A DNA stretch of 39,167 bases from Promethearchaeia archaeon (GTDB taxonomy: Archaea; Asgardarchaeota; Lokiarchaeia; Sigyniarchaeales; SOKP01). This document shows positions 8,950-19,497 of this stretch, piece by piece. Within the stretch, counting starts at the first letter, position 1. The number at the start of each line of letters is the position of its first letter. The position numbers and the translations under genes were made by a program. The DNA is taken from contig JAHQWL010000049.1 of the NCBI GenBank assembly GCA_029856155.1, positions 1 to 39,167 on the forward strand. Reading direction: 5' to 3'. Under the pieces are notes generated by a model. The model saw only the letters and a list, made by a program, of their open reading frames with translations. It had not been told where the DNA came from and searched no databases.

Positions 8950-10212
8950 ATGAAAAAAGTAGAGTTAATGGCTCCCGCTCGGAACTTTAAGGCAATAAAG
9001 GCTGCTTCAAAATATGCAGATTCAGTTTATTTTGGTATTGAAAAATATAACATGAGGATGCGTTCAGAAAATATCTTATTAGAAAATTTAGATAAGATTT
9101 TAACCTATTGTAATAAAAATGAATTGAAAGCGTATTTAACATTGAATATTTTAATCTATGACAATGAGTTAAACGATCTTAGGAATTTAATAGAAAAAGC
9201 TAAAAATTCTGGTATTAATGCTGTGATAGTCCATGATCTTGCTGCGATCCAAATAGCTATAGATTTAAATATACCTTTTCATGTTTCCACTCAATGTAAT
9301 GTATCTAATTCTTTGACTGCAAGGTTTTACGAGGATTTGGGAGCAGATAGGATAATTTTAGCAAGGGAACTATCCTTAGAAAAAATTAAAGAGATAAAAC
9401 GAAATCTTATAAATGCAGAAATTGAGGTATTTGTTCATGGAGCAATGTGTGCCTCAATCAGTGGAAGATGTTATTTTTCTCAAGACATCTGTGGAACAGC
9501 TGAAAAATCAGCCAATAGAGGTAGTTGCGAGCAACCTTGTAGAAGAAGGTGGTGGGTTCGTGAAGAATCTGGGAATGAATATATTTATGATGGTGTAAGA
9601 TTTATGAATTCAAGAGACCTATGCACCATTGCGTATGTTCCTAAATTAATTGAAGCTAATATCGATGCTTTTAAAATAGAAGGGCGGATGCGTCATCCAC
9701 ATTATGTAGAAATTGTTTCTAAAACTTATCGAGAAGCTATCGATGCTTATTATGATGGAACATTTTCAAAAAAGAAGGCAGGAAAATGGGTAACTGAATT
9801 AAAGAAAGTATATAATAGAGGTTTCACACCAGGTTTTTATTTTAACAGAATGACAGAAAAAGATCATCAACATAAATCACCAACAAATTTATCTCATTAT
9901 AGATATATAAAAGTCGGACAGATTGAAAAATACGAAAAAAAACCTAATCTTACTACAGTTTCGTTGGATAATGGATATATCTCGGTAAATGACGATATAA
10001 TAATCATGGCTAAAGATACTGATACTTATATTCATCAAAAAGTTGAAAAAATTATGTATCATGGAAAAATGGTTAATAAATCCCCAAGGGGTATGAAAAA
10101 GAAAGAAGTAATTGTTGAATTTGAAGTAATTGATAACGTTATTGGAAATGGAAAAGATAAAGTTTATGTATTTACTGACAAAACGTACTACAAAAAGAAA
10201 TATTCATTATGA
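8950..10212 (+). CDS. U32 family protein (TrhP/RlhA/UbiU-like Fe-S hydroxylation protein)
   Basis: ELMAPA, HVSTQ, ILARELS, EVFVHGAMCASISGRC, NRGSCEQPCR, FKIEGR. Confidence 0.9.
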   Translation: MKKVELMAPARNFKAIKAASKYADSVYFGIEKYNMRMRSENILLENLDKILTYCNKNELKAYLTLNILIYDNELNDLRNLIEKAKNSGINAVIVHDLAAIQIAIDLNIPFHVSTQCNVSNSLTARFYEDLGADRIILARELSLEKIKEIKRNLINAEIEVFVHGAMCASISGRCYFSQDICGTAEKSANRGSCEQPCRRRWWVREESGNEYIYDGVRFMNSRDLCTIAYVPKLIEANIDAFKIEGRMRHPHYVEIVSKTYREAIDAYYDGTFSKKKAGKWVTELKKVYNRGFTPGFYFNRMTEKDHQHKSPTNLSHYRYIKVGQIEKYEKKPNLTTVSLDNGYISVNDDIIIMAKDTDTYIHQKVEKIMYHGKMVNKSPRGMKKKEVIVEFEVIDNVIGNGKDKVYVFTDKTYYKKKYSL

Positions 10213-10261
10213 TTTGTTCATATTATTTCAAGTAAGAACTCAATTAATATAGGTTTTTTTT

Positions 10262-11179
10262 ATGGAAAAAGGTAAAAAGAAAATTGTTGAGTCGATTCCT
10301 AATTATAGCGAAGGCCAGAGCAGCGAAAAAATTGATATAATTGTTTCTGAGATAAAAAATACTCCTAATACTCGTATTGTAGATGTTGAATATGATTCTG
10401 ATTATAATAGAGCTGTCATCACTTTTGTTGGAACTCCTGAAGCTGTTTTAAAAGCAAATATCGATGCTGCTAAAAAAGCTATTGAATTAATTGATATGAA
10501 TGCACATAAAGGCCAACATCCTCGAATTGGCGCTGTTGATGTAGTTCCTTTTGTACCAGCACAAAATGTTACAATGGAAGAATGTATAGAATTATCAGTA
10601 AAGTTTGCTGAAACCATGGCAAAAGAAGGAATACCTGTGTACCTGTATGAAGAATCTGCTAAGAAAATGGAGAGAAAAAATATTGATAATATTCGTAAGG
10701 GAGAATATGAAAAACTTAAAGAAGCTATCAAAACGGATCCAGAGCGGCAACCTGATTTTGGTCCATCTGAGTTTCATCCTACTGCAGGTGCATTAATAAC
10801 GGGAGCAAGAAATCCATTAATAAGCTTTAATATTAATTTAGGCACTAAAGATGTTACAATTGCGAGAAAAGTTGCCAAGTTTATTCATTTACGTTCTGGT
10901 GGACTGGTAAATATAAAAGCGATGGGTACAGAACTGGCAAATCGAGAATATGTACAAGTTGGAATTTCAAATATTAATTATAGAAAAACTCCATTATATA
11001 GACAAATGGAATTAGTAAAAATAGAGGCTGCTCGTTATGGAGTATCAATAATAGGTTCTGAGTTAGTAGGGGTATTACCACTAGGTGCGGTTCTGAACTC
11101 ATTAGAATATTACTTGCAACTTGATAAACCAGATAAACTAGAAGAAAAACATTTATTAGAATATTATTTTGATTTTTAA
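10262..11179 (+). CDS. ftcD: glutamate formimidoyltransferase (FTCD N-terminal domain only)
   Basis: ESIPNYSEG, DYNRAVIT, HKGQHPRIGAVDVVPFVP, PVYLYE, IRKGEYE, PDFGP, GAR, SELVG. Confidence 0.92.
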   Translation: MEKGKKKIVESIPNYSEGQSSEKIDIIVSEIKNTPNTRIVDVEYDSDYNRAVITFVGTPEAVLKANIDAAKKAIELIDMNAHKGQHPRIGAVDVVPFVPAQNVTMEECIELSVKFAETMAKEGIPVYLYEESAKKMERKNIDNIRKGEYEKLKEAIKTDPERQPDFGPSEFHPTAGALITGARNPLISFNINLGTKDVTIARKVAKFIHLRSGGLVNIKAMGTELANREYVQVGISNINYRKTPLYRQMELVKIEAARYGVSIIGSELVGVLPLGAVLNSLEYYLQLDKPDKLEEKHLLEYYFDF

Positions 11180-11183
11180 GAAA

Positions 11184-12509
11184 TTAAGATGAAAAATCAT
11201 TGTCAACTACTATTTTTCCATTTTTTATTACTTTTAATGCTAAGTTTACACCAAAATGATAAGGTAAGAATTGGTGATTAGGTACATCTAAAACTATTAA
11301 ATCTGCTTTTTTTCCAATTTCAAGACTCCCTATCTCATCTTGTCTTTGAACTGCACATGCGCTATTAATCGTTGCTGCTGTGAGTGCTTCTGCTGGTGAG
11401 AGCTTCATATGATAGCAAGCTAAAGCAATTATCATTTGCATCGATTCTGTCCAGCAATTTGGATTAAGATCAGTTGCTAAAGCAATAGGTATTCCTAATT
11501 CTATCATTTTTCTTGCGGGTGCATAGTTATCTAACATTAAACAAAATGGTGTTCCTGGCAAGAGGGTAGCGATAACTCCCGCTTCTGCCATAGCTTTTAA
11601 ACCTTCATCATTAGATTTAAGTAAATGGCCTGTTTGAATTGCCTTTATTTCAGAAGCTAATAATGCACCATTCGTATCCACAATCTCGTCAATATGAATC
11701 TGAGGTTTTAAGCCGTATCTAATAGCTGTTTTCAATATTTTTTTTGTTTGTTTTCTTGTAAAAATCCCTTCTTCACAAAACACATCACAATATTCAGCAA
11801 GATTTTCTTTTGCAATTTTAGGAATCATTTCTGAGATAATTAGTCTTACATACTCATCCGATTTATTTTTATATTCCGGAGGTATTGCGTGTGCCCCCAA
11901 AAAGGTTGGAATTATATCTAATGGGTGCTGTTCATTTAAAATTTCTATAGCTCTTAATTGTTTAATTTCACTTTCAGTAGTTAACCCATAACCAGATTTC
12001 GCTTCTACTGTAGTTGTCCCGTATAACATCATTCTATCTAAGATTTTCTTACCATTTTCAACTAACTTTTCTAATGGTGCTTGTCTAGTTTCGTAGACAG
12101 TTTTTAAAATTCCTCCTCCTGCTTTTAAAATTTCAATATAAGTCTTTCCCTCAAGTTTCATTGATAATTCATTTTCTCGCGTACCATCAAAAATGATGTG
12201 AGTATGTGGGTCAATAAATCCGGGAATAACCAGCTTATTTGTGGCATCTATTTTAGTAGGAATTTTTCCAAATTCAAATTTTGATATTAATTCATCAGTT
12301 GTACCTATAAAAATAATTCTATCATCCTTAATTGCTACTGCACCATCACTAATATTCGCTAATTTAGACATATCTCCGCCTAATCTTGGAGCGCCATATT
12401 TTGTGTTCATAGTAACAAGTTCATTGCAATGATATACAACTAAATCTGGATCAACACTTGTATAAACTTCTTTTTTTGAATACGTCGATGCTACAAACAG
12501 TTTGATCAA
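11184..12509 (-). CDS. hutI: imidazolonepropionase
   Basis: PGFIDPHTH, GGGILKTV, EAKSGYGL, FLGAHA, DVFCE, ALATDLNP. Confidence 0.95.
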   Translation of the reverse strand: MIKLFVASTYSKKEVYTSVDPDLVVYHCNELVTMNTKYGAPRLGGDMSKLANISDGAVAIKDDRIIFIGTTDELISKFEFGKIPTKIDATNKLVIPGFIDPHTHIIFDGTRENELSMKLEGKTYIEILKAGGGILKTVYETRQAPLEKLVENGKKILDRMMLYGTTTVEAKSGYGLTTESEIKQLRAIEILNEQHPLDIIPTFLGAHAIPPEYKNKSDEYVRLIISEMIPKIAKENLAEYCDVFCEEGIFTRKQTKKILKTAIRYGLKPQIHIDEIVDTNGALLASEIKAIQTGHLLKSNDEGLKAMAEAGVIATLLPGTPFCLMLDNYAPARKMIELGIPIALATDLNPNCWTESMQMIIALACYHMKLSPAEALTAATINSACAVQRQDEIGSLEIGKKADLIVLDVPNHQFLPYHFGVNLALKVIKNGKIVVDNDFSS

Positions 12510-12513
12510 TCTC

Positions 12514-14028
12514 TTATATTTTTTGTGAGATTTTTAATAATTTATTACTTTTGATTATATCTAATGCGGAGTTAATGTATTCGGATAAAATAGTATCTTC
12601 ATTGATATGAGGTATTTGAGTTCGTACATATTTATGACATTCTTCTAGAATTATGCTAGATTTCAATGGTCTCCTAAAATCAAATGCTTGAGCAGCACAT
12701 AAAAGTTCAATTGCAAGTATTTTTTCTAAATTAATTAATATTTTAAAAGCTTTTCTTGCACTTATTGGTGCCATACTTACATGATCTTCTTGTCCTCCTC
12801 CCGTAGGAATACTATCAGCACTTGCTGGAAAGCAAAGTGATTTATTTTCACTAACTAGAGCTGCTGATGTATACTGTGTCATCATAAATCCTGAGTTCAA
12901 ACCAGCTTTCTCAATTAAATTTGAAGGTAACCCCCATTTTCCTTCTAGTAATAAGAAAATTCGTCGATCAGAAATATTACCCAATTCTGATGCTGCTAAG
13001 GAGATATAATCTAAAGGAAGAGCAAGGGGTTGGCCATGAAAGTTTCCCCCACTATAAGATTCCTCTGCACTAAAAATAATCGGATTATCTGTAATAGAAT
13101 TGAGCTCACATTCTAATTTTTCATTCAAATGTAATAAGGCAGCTCTAGAAGCTCCATGGACTTGTGGGATACATCTAATAGAATAAGGGTCTTGAACACG
13201 TTCACAATCTTCATGAGATTTTACAAGTTGGGAATTCTCCAGAAATTTTCTAATTCTTTCTGCAACAAATATAGCCCCCTTATGGGGTCGTAATTTTATT
13301 AATTTCTCTACAAAAGGTTGAGGTGAACCTAAATAACCTTCAAGGGTTAAAGCACTAATAAGATCAGCATGATCTAGACAATTTAAAAATTTTTCAGATA
13401 TTTTTGTCCCATATGCGGTAATAAATTGTGTACCATTAATTAAAGCTAAGCCCTCCTTTGCATGAAGCTTTAGAGGATTCATCTTTTGTTCGGTTAATAT
13501 TTTCTCAGTTGGTGTATAATTTTTGCCATCTTGGGTTAAAAATCCTAATCCAATTAATGGTAAAAATAAATGAGCTAACGGTGCTAAATCTCCGGATGCC
13601 CCCACTGAACCCTGCTTAGGAACTAATGGGATAAAATTATTCTTAATATGCCAACAAATTCTTTCTACTACTGCAAGAGAAATTCCAGAATATCCCATAC
13701 ATAACACATGAACTTTAAGTATTAACATCAGTTTTGAAATTTCAGATTCTATAGGTGATCCAACTCCTACACTATGGCTTTTAAGAAGATTTTCCTGTAA
13801 TTTTCCTGTTTCTTCTTTTGATATCCTAGTTGTACATAGAGGTCCAAATCCCGTATTGATACTATAAACTAATTTTTCTCCATTAGCTATTGATTGAACA
13901 GCATTGTAATTTTGAAGAATTCTATTTTTCACGTCATCAGTTAGAATTCCTTCAATAAATCCTCTTGATATTTCTAAAGCTTTTCCTACAGTTAATTTAT
14001 CTACTCCATATCTAAAATTATTGTTCAC
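12514..14028 (-). CDS. hutH: histidine ammonia-lyase
   Basis: YSINTGFG, MIO-forming GSVGASGDLAPL, KEGLALING, QDPYSIRC, GGNFHGQP, QEDHVSM. Confidence 0.96.
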   Translation of the reverse strand: MNNNFRYGVDKLTVGKALEISRGFIEGILTDDVKNRILQNYNAVQSIANGEKLVYSINTGFGPLCTTRISKEETGKLQENLLKSHSVGVGSPIESEISKLMLILKVHVLCMGYSGISLAVVERICWHIKNNFIPLVPKQGSVGASGDLAPLAHLFLPLIGLGFLTQDGKNYTPTEKILTEQKMNPLKLHAKEGLALINGTQFITAYGTKISEKFLNCLDHADLISALTLEGYLGSPQPFVEKLIKLRPHKGAIFVAERIRKFLENSQLVKSHEDCERVQDPYSIRCIPQVHGASRAALLHLNEKLECELNSITDNPIIFSAEESYSGGNFHGQPLALPLDYISLAASELGNISDRRIFLLLEGKWGLPSNLIEKAGLNSGFMMTQYTSAALVSENKSLCFPASADSIPTGGGQEDHVSMAPISARKAFKILINLEKILAIELLCAAQAFDFRRPLKSSIILEECHKYVRTQIPHINEDTILSEYINSALDIIKSNKLLKISQKI

Positions 14029-14059
14029 TATGATTCACTTTCTAATTTTAATAATCGAT

Positions 14060-16105
14060 TTATTTCTTATTTGAGTTTTTTAAATAAGTATCAATAATAT
14101 TGTCTAAATATTTATCATCTGCTATAAAAGGTAAAGTTAAATGCCCCCTGTTTTCATTTTCATTATTCCAAGTATAAGCAGTTTTAAAGGCATGTGTATT
14201 TCTTGCCCAGCTTCTTCTTGCTATACCTCCCATTACATCCCATTCTATAGCTGTTTTGATAATTTTATCAACTTTTTCAGAACCATCTAAAACTAATCCA
14301 AAACCACCATTAAAACATTTTCCAATACCAACCCCACCTCCATTTGATAGAACTACGTAGGTCATACCACGAATTGCATTTCCAGTAAAGCAGTGGACGG
14401 CCATTTCTGCCATTATGTTACTTCCATCTCGAATATTTGATGTTTCTCTGAATGGGGAATCTGTTCCAGAGACATCATGATGATCTCTTCCTAACATTAT
14501 TGGTCCGATTTCTTCTTTCCTGACTAAGTTATTAAATTTTAAAGCAATATCTATTCTTTCTTTAGCATCAGCGTATAATATTCTGGCTTTTGTACCTACT
14601 ACTAAATTATTCTTTTTTGCATCTCTTATCCATATATAATTATCTCTATCTTGAGCACTTCTTTCTGGATTAATAGAATTCATTGCGACTTGATCAGTTT
14701 TATCTAAATCTTGATCTCTTCCAGAAAGACATATCCATCTAAATGGTCCGTAACCATAATCAAAACATATAGGTCCCATTATATCTTCCACATAAGATGG
14801 AAAAATAAATCCTTCGGCAGGATTATTCTTAATTTTAGCAATTTCGTCTACTCCCGCATCAAAAACAGCTTTCATAAAAGAATTACCATAATCCCAAAAA
14901 TAGGTCCCTCTTTTTGTCATAATTTTTATGAATTTAAATTGTTCTTTCAATGATTCATCAACTAACTGCTTGAATCCTTGAATGTTAGTTTTTATTAACT
15001 CTCTGCCTTCCTTAAAACTAATTTGAAATGGAGTATACCCTCCATCATAAACCGCATGACAAGAAGTTTGGTCCGAAGCCAGTTCTACTTTAATATCATT
15101 TTCAACAACATATTTCCATAAATCAACAATATTTCCATGGTATGCTATAGATAAAGGTCTTTTTGTTTTCCTAGCATTTTTAACCCATTCAAAAATTTCT
15201 TTTAGATCATCAGAAATTTGGGAAACCCATCCTTGTTCATACCTAGTCTTTATTCTTGATTCATCAACTTCAGCAATAACTCCAATTCCTCCAGTTATTT
15301 CAACGGCTTTTGCTTGTGCTCCACTCATTCCACCAAGTCCTGATGAGATATACAAAATTCCTTTTAAATCTTTATCTTGTGGAATTTTGAGATATAATCT
15401 TCCTGCATTTAACAATGTAATATATGTTCCATGAATAATTCCTTGAGGTCCAATATACATCCATCCACCTGCTGTCATTTGACCATAATTAGCTACACCC
15501 ATAGCGGCAGCTGTAGCAAAATCGTCTTGATTGTCGAACATGCCAACCATTAATCCATTTGTAGAGACTACTCTTGGAGCATTAGGTGAGGTAGGGAAAA
15601 GCCCAACTGGATGACCGGATGCTATTACTAGTGTTTGAATTTCAGTTAATTGTTCTAAATACATTTTTACTAATCGGTATTGCATCCAATTTTGAAAAAC
15701 TTGCCCAGTTTCACCATATGTTGTTAATTCATATGGATAAAGGGCAACATCAAAATCAAGGTTATTATCAATCATTACTTGTAGAGCTTTTCCTTCAATT
15801 GTTCTTCCATTATATTCAAAAATTGATTTTGCTTTAATATTTCCTTCAGGTCTATATCTATACCCATATATTCTTCCTCTCAATACTAATTCCTCTAAGA
15901 ATTCAGGAGCCAATTCATTATGGAGATGAGGAGGTATATACCTTAACGCATTTTGTAGAGCTAATTTTGTTTGAGCAGGGGTCAAATTATAACCTCTAGA
16001 TGGTGCTCTTCTTATATTATCAATAAATTTAGGATAATGTGGTAGCTCATCTGGTAATTTGATTTTCATAGCTTTTGAAATATCCATAGTTTTATCTAAC
16101 TCCAT
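14060..16105 (-). CDS. hutU: urocanate hydratase, long (about 680 aa) form
   Basis: GQMTAGGWMYIGPQGI, GLGGMSGAQ, SDQTSCH, WDYGN, GPFRW, GRDHHD, SPFRET, GGGVG. Confidence 0.96.
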   Translation of the reverse strand: MELDKTMDISKAMKIKLPDELPHYPKFIDNIRRAPSRGYNLTPAQTKLALQNALRYIPPHLHNELAPEFLEELVLRGRIYGYRYRPEGNIKAKSIFEYNGRTIEGKALQVMIDNNLDFDVALYPYELTTYGETGQVFQNWMQYRLVKMYLEQLTEIQTLVIASGHPVGLFPTSPNAPRVVSTNGLMVGMFDNQDDFATAAAMGVANYGQMTAGGWMYIGPQGIIHGTYITLLNAGRLYLKIPQDKDLKGILYISSGLGGMSGAQAKAVEITGGIGVIAEVDESRIKTRYEQGWVSQISDDLKEIFEWVKNARKTKRPLSIAYHGNIVDLWKYVVENDIKVELASDQTSCHAVYDGGYTPFQISFKEGRELIKTNIQGFKQLVDESLKEQFKFIKIMTKRGTYFWDYGNSFMKAVFDAGVDEIAKIKNNPAEGFIFPSYVEDIMGPICFDYGYGPFRWICLSGRDQDLDKTDQVAMNSINPERSAQDRDNYIWIRDAKKNNLVVGTKARILYADAKERIDIALKFNNLVRKEEIGPIMLGRDHHDVSGTDSPFRETSNIRDGSNIMAEMAVHCFTGNAIRGMTYVVLSNGGGVGIGKCFNGGFGLVLDGSEKVDKIIKTAIEWDVMGGIARRSWARNTHAFKTAYTWNNENENRGHLTLPFIADDKYLDNIIDTYLKNSNKK

Positions 16106-16227
16106 TTAATATATAAATCATATTATTTTATGGTTACTACTTACTAAAACAAATTTCATAAGATGATTTGATATTGATTGAGAATGTTTTTTAATAAATT
16201 AAAAAGAAGGATTTTTGAGAGAAATAA

Positions 16228-17961
16228 TTATTTATGAATTTTGATCCCTCTGAGTTCTAATTTATGTAAAAAATCTAAATATCCTTTCAGATTGTTCTTT
16301 TCTATATTTAAATATTGGAGAAAAGGTAAAGATTCTAGCGATTCTGGCAATTCAGTCAAATAATTAGATCTTAGAAAAAGGTATTTTAATGTCTTAAGCC
16401 TTCCTATAGATTCAGGAAGATTTGATAATTTATTGTTTCCTAAATATAAATATTTTAAAGATTTTAATGAACCAACTGATTCCGGAATCATTTCTAATTC
16501 GTTATAATATAAGTATAGATGTTTGAGAGAAGTAAGAGAACCTATTGTTTCTGGAATTGAACTTAAAACGTTTTTCCCTAAATCCAACACTTCGAGTGTG
16601 GTAAGGAAACCTAATGATTTAGGAATCATTTTTAATTTATTAAAGCCAAGAATTAGAGTTTTTAGTATAGGAAGTGAACCAATTGTTTGTGGGATCATTT
16701 CTAGCTTATTTGTCGAAACATCTAATTCTAGGAGTGAAGTCAATGACCCTATTGATTCTGGAAGTTTTTTTAATTGGTTCTTACTTAGATCCAATATTTC
16801 AAGAGAAGAGAGAGATCCAATACTTTCTGGTAAATTCTCTAATTGATTATCATATAAATTTAATTCTCTTAGAGATTTTAAAAATCCAATTGAATTAGGT
16901 AATTCTATTAGTCTATTAATATTAAGCTTTAATGTTTCAAGTTTACTAAGATTACCAATTGAATCTGGAATATTTATTAAATTATTACGCCCGCATCTTA
17001 ATATATTAAGTGATGAAAGCTTACCAATCGATTCTGGTATCATATTTAAATTATTATCCGATATTTCAAGCCTTAATAATGATTTAAGAGACCCTATTGA
17101 ATCGGGAAGTTTAACTAACTTATTACTTGAAACACTTAGATTTTCAAGAGAAACCAATGAGCCGATACTCTCGGGAAGATGAGTTAAATGGTTTGAAGTT
17201 AGACCGAGATAAATTAAATTTTTTAATTCCCCTATAGATTTTGATAATTTATCCAAATTATTTCCTTTTAAAAAAAGAGAAGTTAAGGATGATAGATTAC
17301 CTATTGCTTCGGGAAGATTAGTTATGTTATTATTTCTTAAATTTAATCTTTTAAGTGAAATTAGTTGATTAATTGAATCTGGAAGCTTTATTAATTTATT
17401 GTTTCCTAGGAAAAGAATTTCCAATGAATTCAACATTCCTATTGTTTGAGGTAATTCGTTAATTTTATTGCCACTTAAATCTAAAGTTTTTAATTTTTGC
17501 ATCTGACCAATTGAATTAGGAATATTTTTTAATTTATTTTCACTTAAATCTAAAATTTCCAAAGATGAGAGAGAACCAACTGTTTCTGGTAAGAAGACTA
17601 ATTGGTTCGTCTCTAAATGCAGTTCTTTAAGTGAAGAAAGTAAAGTAATTAAGTCTGGTAATTCTACTAAATGATTTTCACTTAAATCTAAAATCTCAAG
17701 GTGAAGCAGAGAAAATAGCTCTTCAGCAACTGACGTTAAATTATTACCTCTAAAATATAACTCTTTAAGCAAAGAAAATAATCCAATTTCTTTTGGAATT
17801 TCTGATAAACCACATGAATATAGACTTAATCCTGTGATATGCCCGCTTTCTACATAATATCCTAGTGAATACCGTTCTATCTTCGAGATTTCTAAGATTG
17901 ATTCTCCAATTTGATTTTTTAATATTTGCAATGCTTCTAATTCATTTTCTGAAATTGTCAT
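16228..17961 (-). CDS. leucine-rich repeat protein, about 22-23 repeats of 23 aa
   Basis: Regular LxxLxLxxNxLxxLPxSIGxLx repeats after a short N-cap; no other domain seen. Confidence 0.93.
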   Translation of the reverse strand: MTISENELEALQILKNQIGESILEISKIERYSLGYYVESGHITGLSLYSCGLSEIPKEIGLFSLLKELYFRGNNLTSVAEELFSLLHLEILDLSENHLVELPDLITLLSSLKELHLETNQLVFLPETVGSLSSLEILDLSENKLKNIPNSIGQMQKLKTLDLSGNKINELPQTIGMLNSLEILFLGNNKLIKLPDSINQLISLKRLNLRNNNITNLPEAIGNLSSLTSLFLKGNNLDKLSKSIGELKNLIYLGLTSNHLTHLPESIGSLVSLENLSVSSNKLVKLPDSIGSLKSLLRLEISDNNLNMIPESIGKLSSLNILRCGRNNLINIPDSIGNLSKLETLKLNINRLIELPNSIGFLKSLRELNLYDNQLENLPESIGSLSSLEILDLSKNQLKKLPESIGSLTSLLELDVSTNKLEMIPQTIGSLPILKTLILGFNKLKMIPKSLGFLTTLEVLDLGKNVLSSIPETIGSLTSLKHLYLYYNELEMIPESVGSLKSLKYLYLGNNKLSNLPESIGRLKTLKYLFLRSNYLTELPESLESLPFLQYLNIEKNNLKGYLDFLHKLELRGIKIHK

Positions 17962-18126
17962 TTTTTTTTTAACTTCAATAGTATTTTAGAATAATTATCA
18001 CTTATACTTTAAAAATTAATATAATCTGGTAATATTTATGTTTAATAATTTACAAACTTAATTACTATAAGAATATATTTAAAATAGAGCATAGAATAAA
18101 ATAAAGAAAATAAATTAGGTTTAGAT

Positions 18127-19326
18127 TTAAAAATCTATATCTTTTCCTTCATAAGCATATTGGTATAAACGTATCACATCTTCTTTATTAGGAATTCTAG
18201 GAGCCATAACTCCTGAAGGATCTTGATAAAAGAGACTAACTAAATTAGTAATATTATTATCAAAATCATCTTTAGAAATTCCCAAATCTTTAAGATTAGA
18301 AATAAAATCTACTTCTTTCTGAAGTTCTTTTATTTTTTCAACAACTTTATAAGCAGCTTTCTTATTATCATCATCCCAATTTGCCCATCCTAATTTTTTT
18401 GCTAGTTCAGAATATAATATAATTGATTCATTTGTTTCACCTGGAGCATTTAAACAATATTGGGTGATATATCGAAGAAAGAGACCTACTGAACCACCAT
18501 GTGGAGTATGGAAGATCGCTCCCCAACTATGCCCCATTGCATGAGCTAAATGAGCTTGGGAATTTCCAAAAGCCAATCCTGCCATAGTTGCTGCTTGATG
18601 TAAATAATCTCTTGCTTCTTTATTAGTTCCATCCTTATAAGCAATTGGTAAGTATTTAAAAACAAGTTCAATTGCCTTTAAACCCATAGCATTACTAAAC
18701 TCGTTTCTCCAACTCGAAATATATGCCTCTACAGAATGGCATAATGCATCAAAAGCAGTATCCGCTGTTAGTTTAGGAGACATTCCCATAGGAAAAACCG
18801 GATCAACTATAGCATAAGTTGGGACTAATATCATATGAGTTAATGACATCTTCCTCCAAGCGTTATTTTGAAGCCTAGAAATTACAGCTGCCCAGGTTAC
18901 TTCTGAACCTGTTCCTGAAGTGGTCGGAATTGCCACCAATTTTGCTTTATTTGCAAAATCATATAATTGTTCGTTAAAAGGATCCAAATTATTAAGTGTG
19001 TATTCAGGATACTCATACATTACCCAAATGCACTTGGCAGTATCAATAACAGAGCCTCCTCCTAGAGCAATAATTAAATCTGGGGCATATTTATTGCAGT
19101 ATTCTTTTCCCTTCATTACATCTTCTTCGTGAGGATCTGGTACTATATCTTTAAATACATTATAATCTTTTCCAAATTTTTCAAGTTTATTCGTTAGAAT
19201 CTTTAAATAGCCCAAATCTTCAATGATATTATCAGTAACGATGAAGCATTTTTGTCCTTTTATCCTTTCTAAAAAATCTAAAGCATCTTCACCATATATT
19301 ATATTTTGGCAATAGAAGTGCCACAT
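18127..19326 (-). CDS. iron-containing alcohol dehydrogenase
   Basis: ALGGGSVID, PTTSGTGSE, DALCH, HAMGH, PHG. Start moved to ATG 19326 because the track's GTG at 19338 lies inside an AGGTGA SD motif 8 nt upstream. Confidence 0.9.
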   Translation of the reverse strand: MWHFYCQNIIYGEDALDFLERIKGQKCFIVTDNIIEDLGYLKILTNKLEKFGKDYNVFKDIVPDPHEEDVMKGKEYCNKYAPDLIIALGGGSVIDTAKCIWVMYEYPEYTLNNLDPFNEQLYDFANKAKLVAIPTTSGTGSEVTWAAVISRLQNNAWRKMSLTHMILVPTYAIVDPVFPMGMSPKLTADTAFDALCHSVEAYISSWRNEFSNAMGLKAIELVFKYLPIAYKDGTNKEARDYLHQAATMAGLAFGNSQAHLAHAMGHSWGAIFHTPHGGSVGLFLRYITQYCLNAPGETNESIILYSELAKKLGWANWDDDNKKAAYKVVEKIKELQKEVDFISNLKDLGISKDDFDNNITNLVSLFYQDPSGVMAPRIPNKEDVIRLYQYAYEGKDIDF

Positions 19327-19497
19327 ACCTTTTTTCACCTTTAATTTTTATATTGAGATAAGTAATTTTTATATATTCTGATAGTAATACTTAGAGTTTT
19401 ATTAAATTTAATATTCAAATTAAAATTCAATGAACTATTTTATTAGACATAAGTTACATTTCACTATAATTAGGATATTAGGAAGGATGATAGGAAT

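Noticed and set aside
16106-16227. uORF MKFVLVSSNHKII upstream of hutU as a His leader
   Set aside because: Only one His codon and no associated structure.
16228-17961. 69-bp periodicity as a CRISPR array or DGR
   Set aside because: Explained by LRR coding repeats; no identical repeats with spacers and no cas or reverse transcriptase gene.
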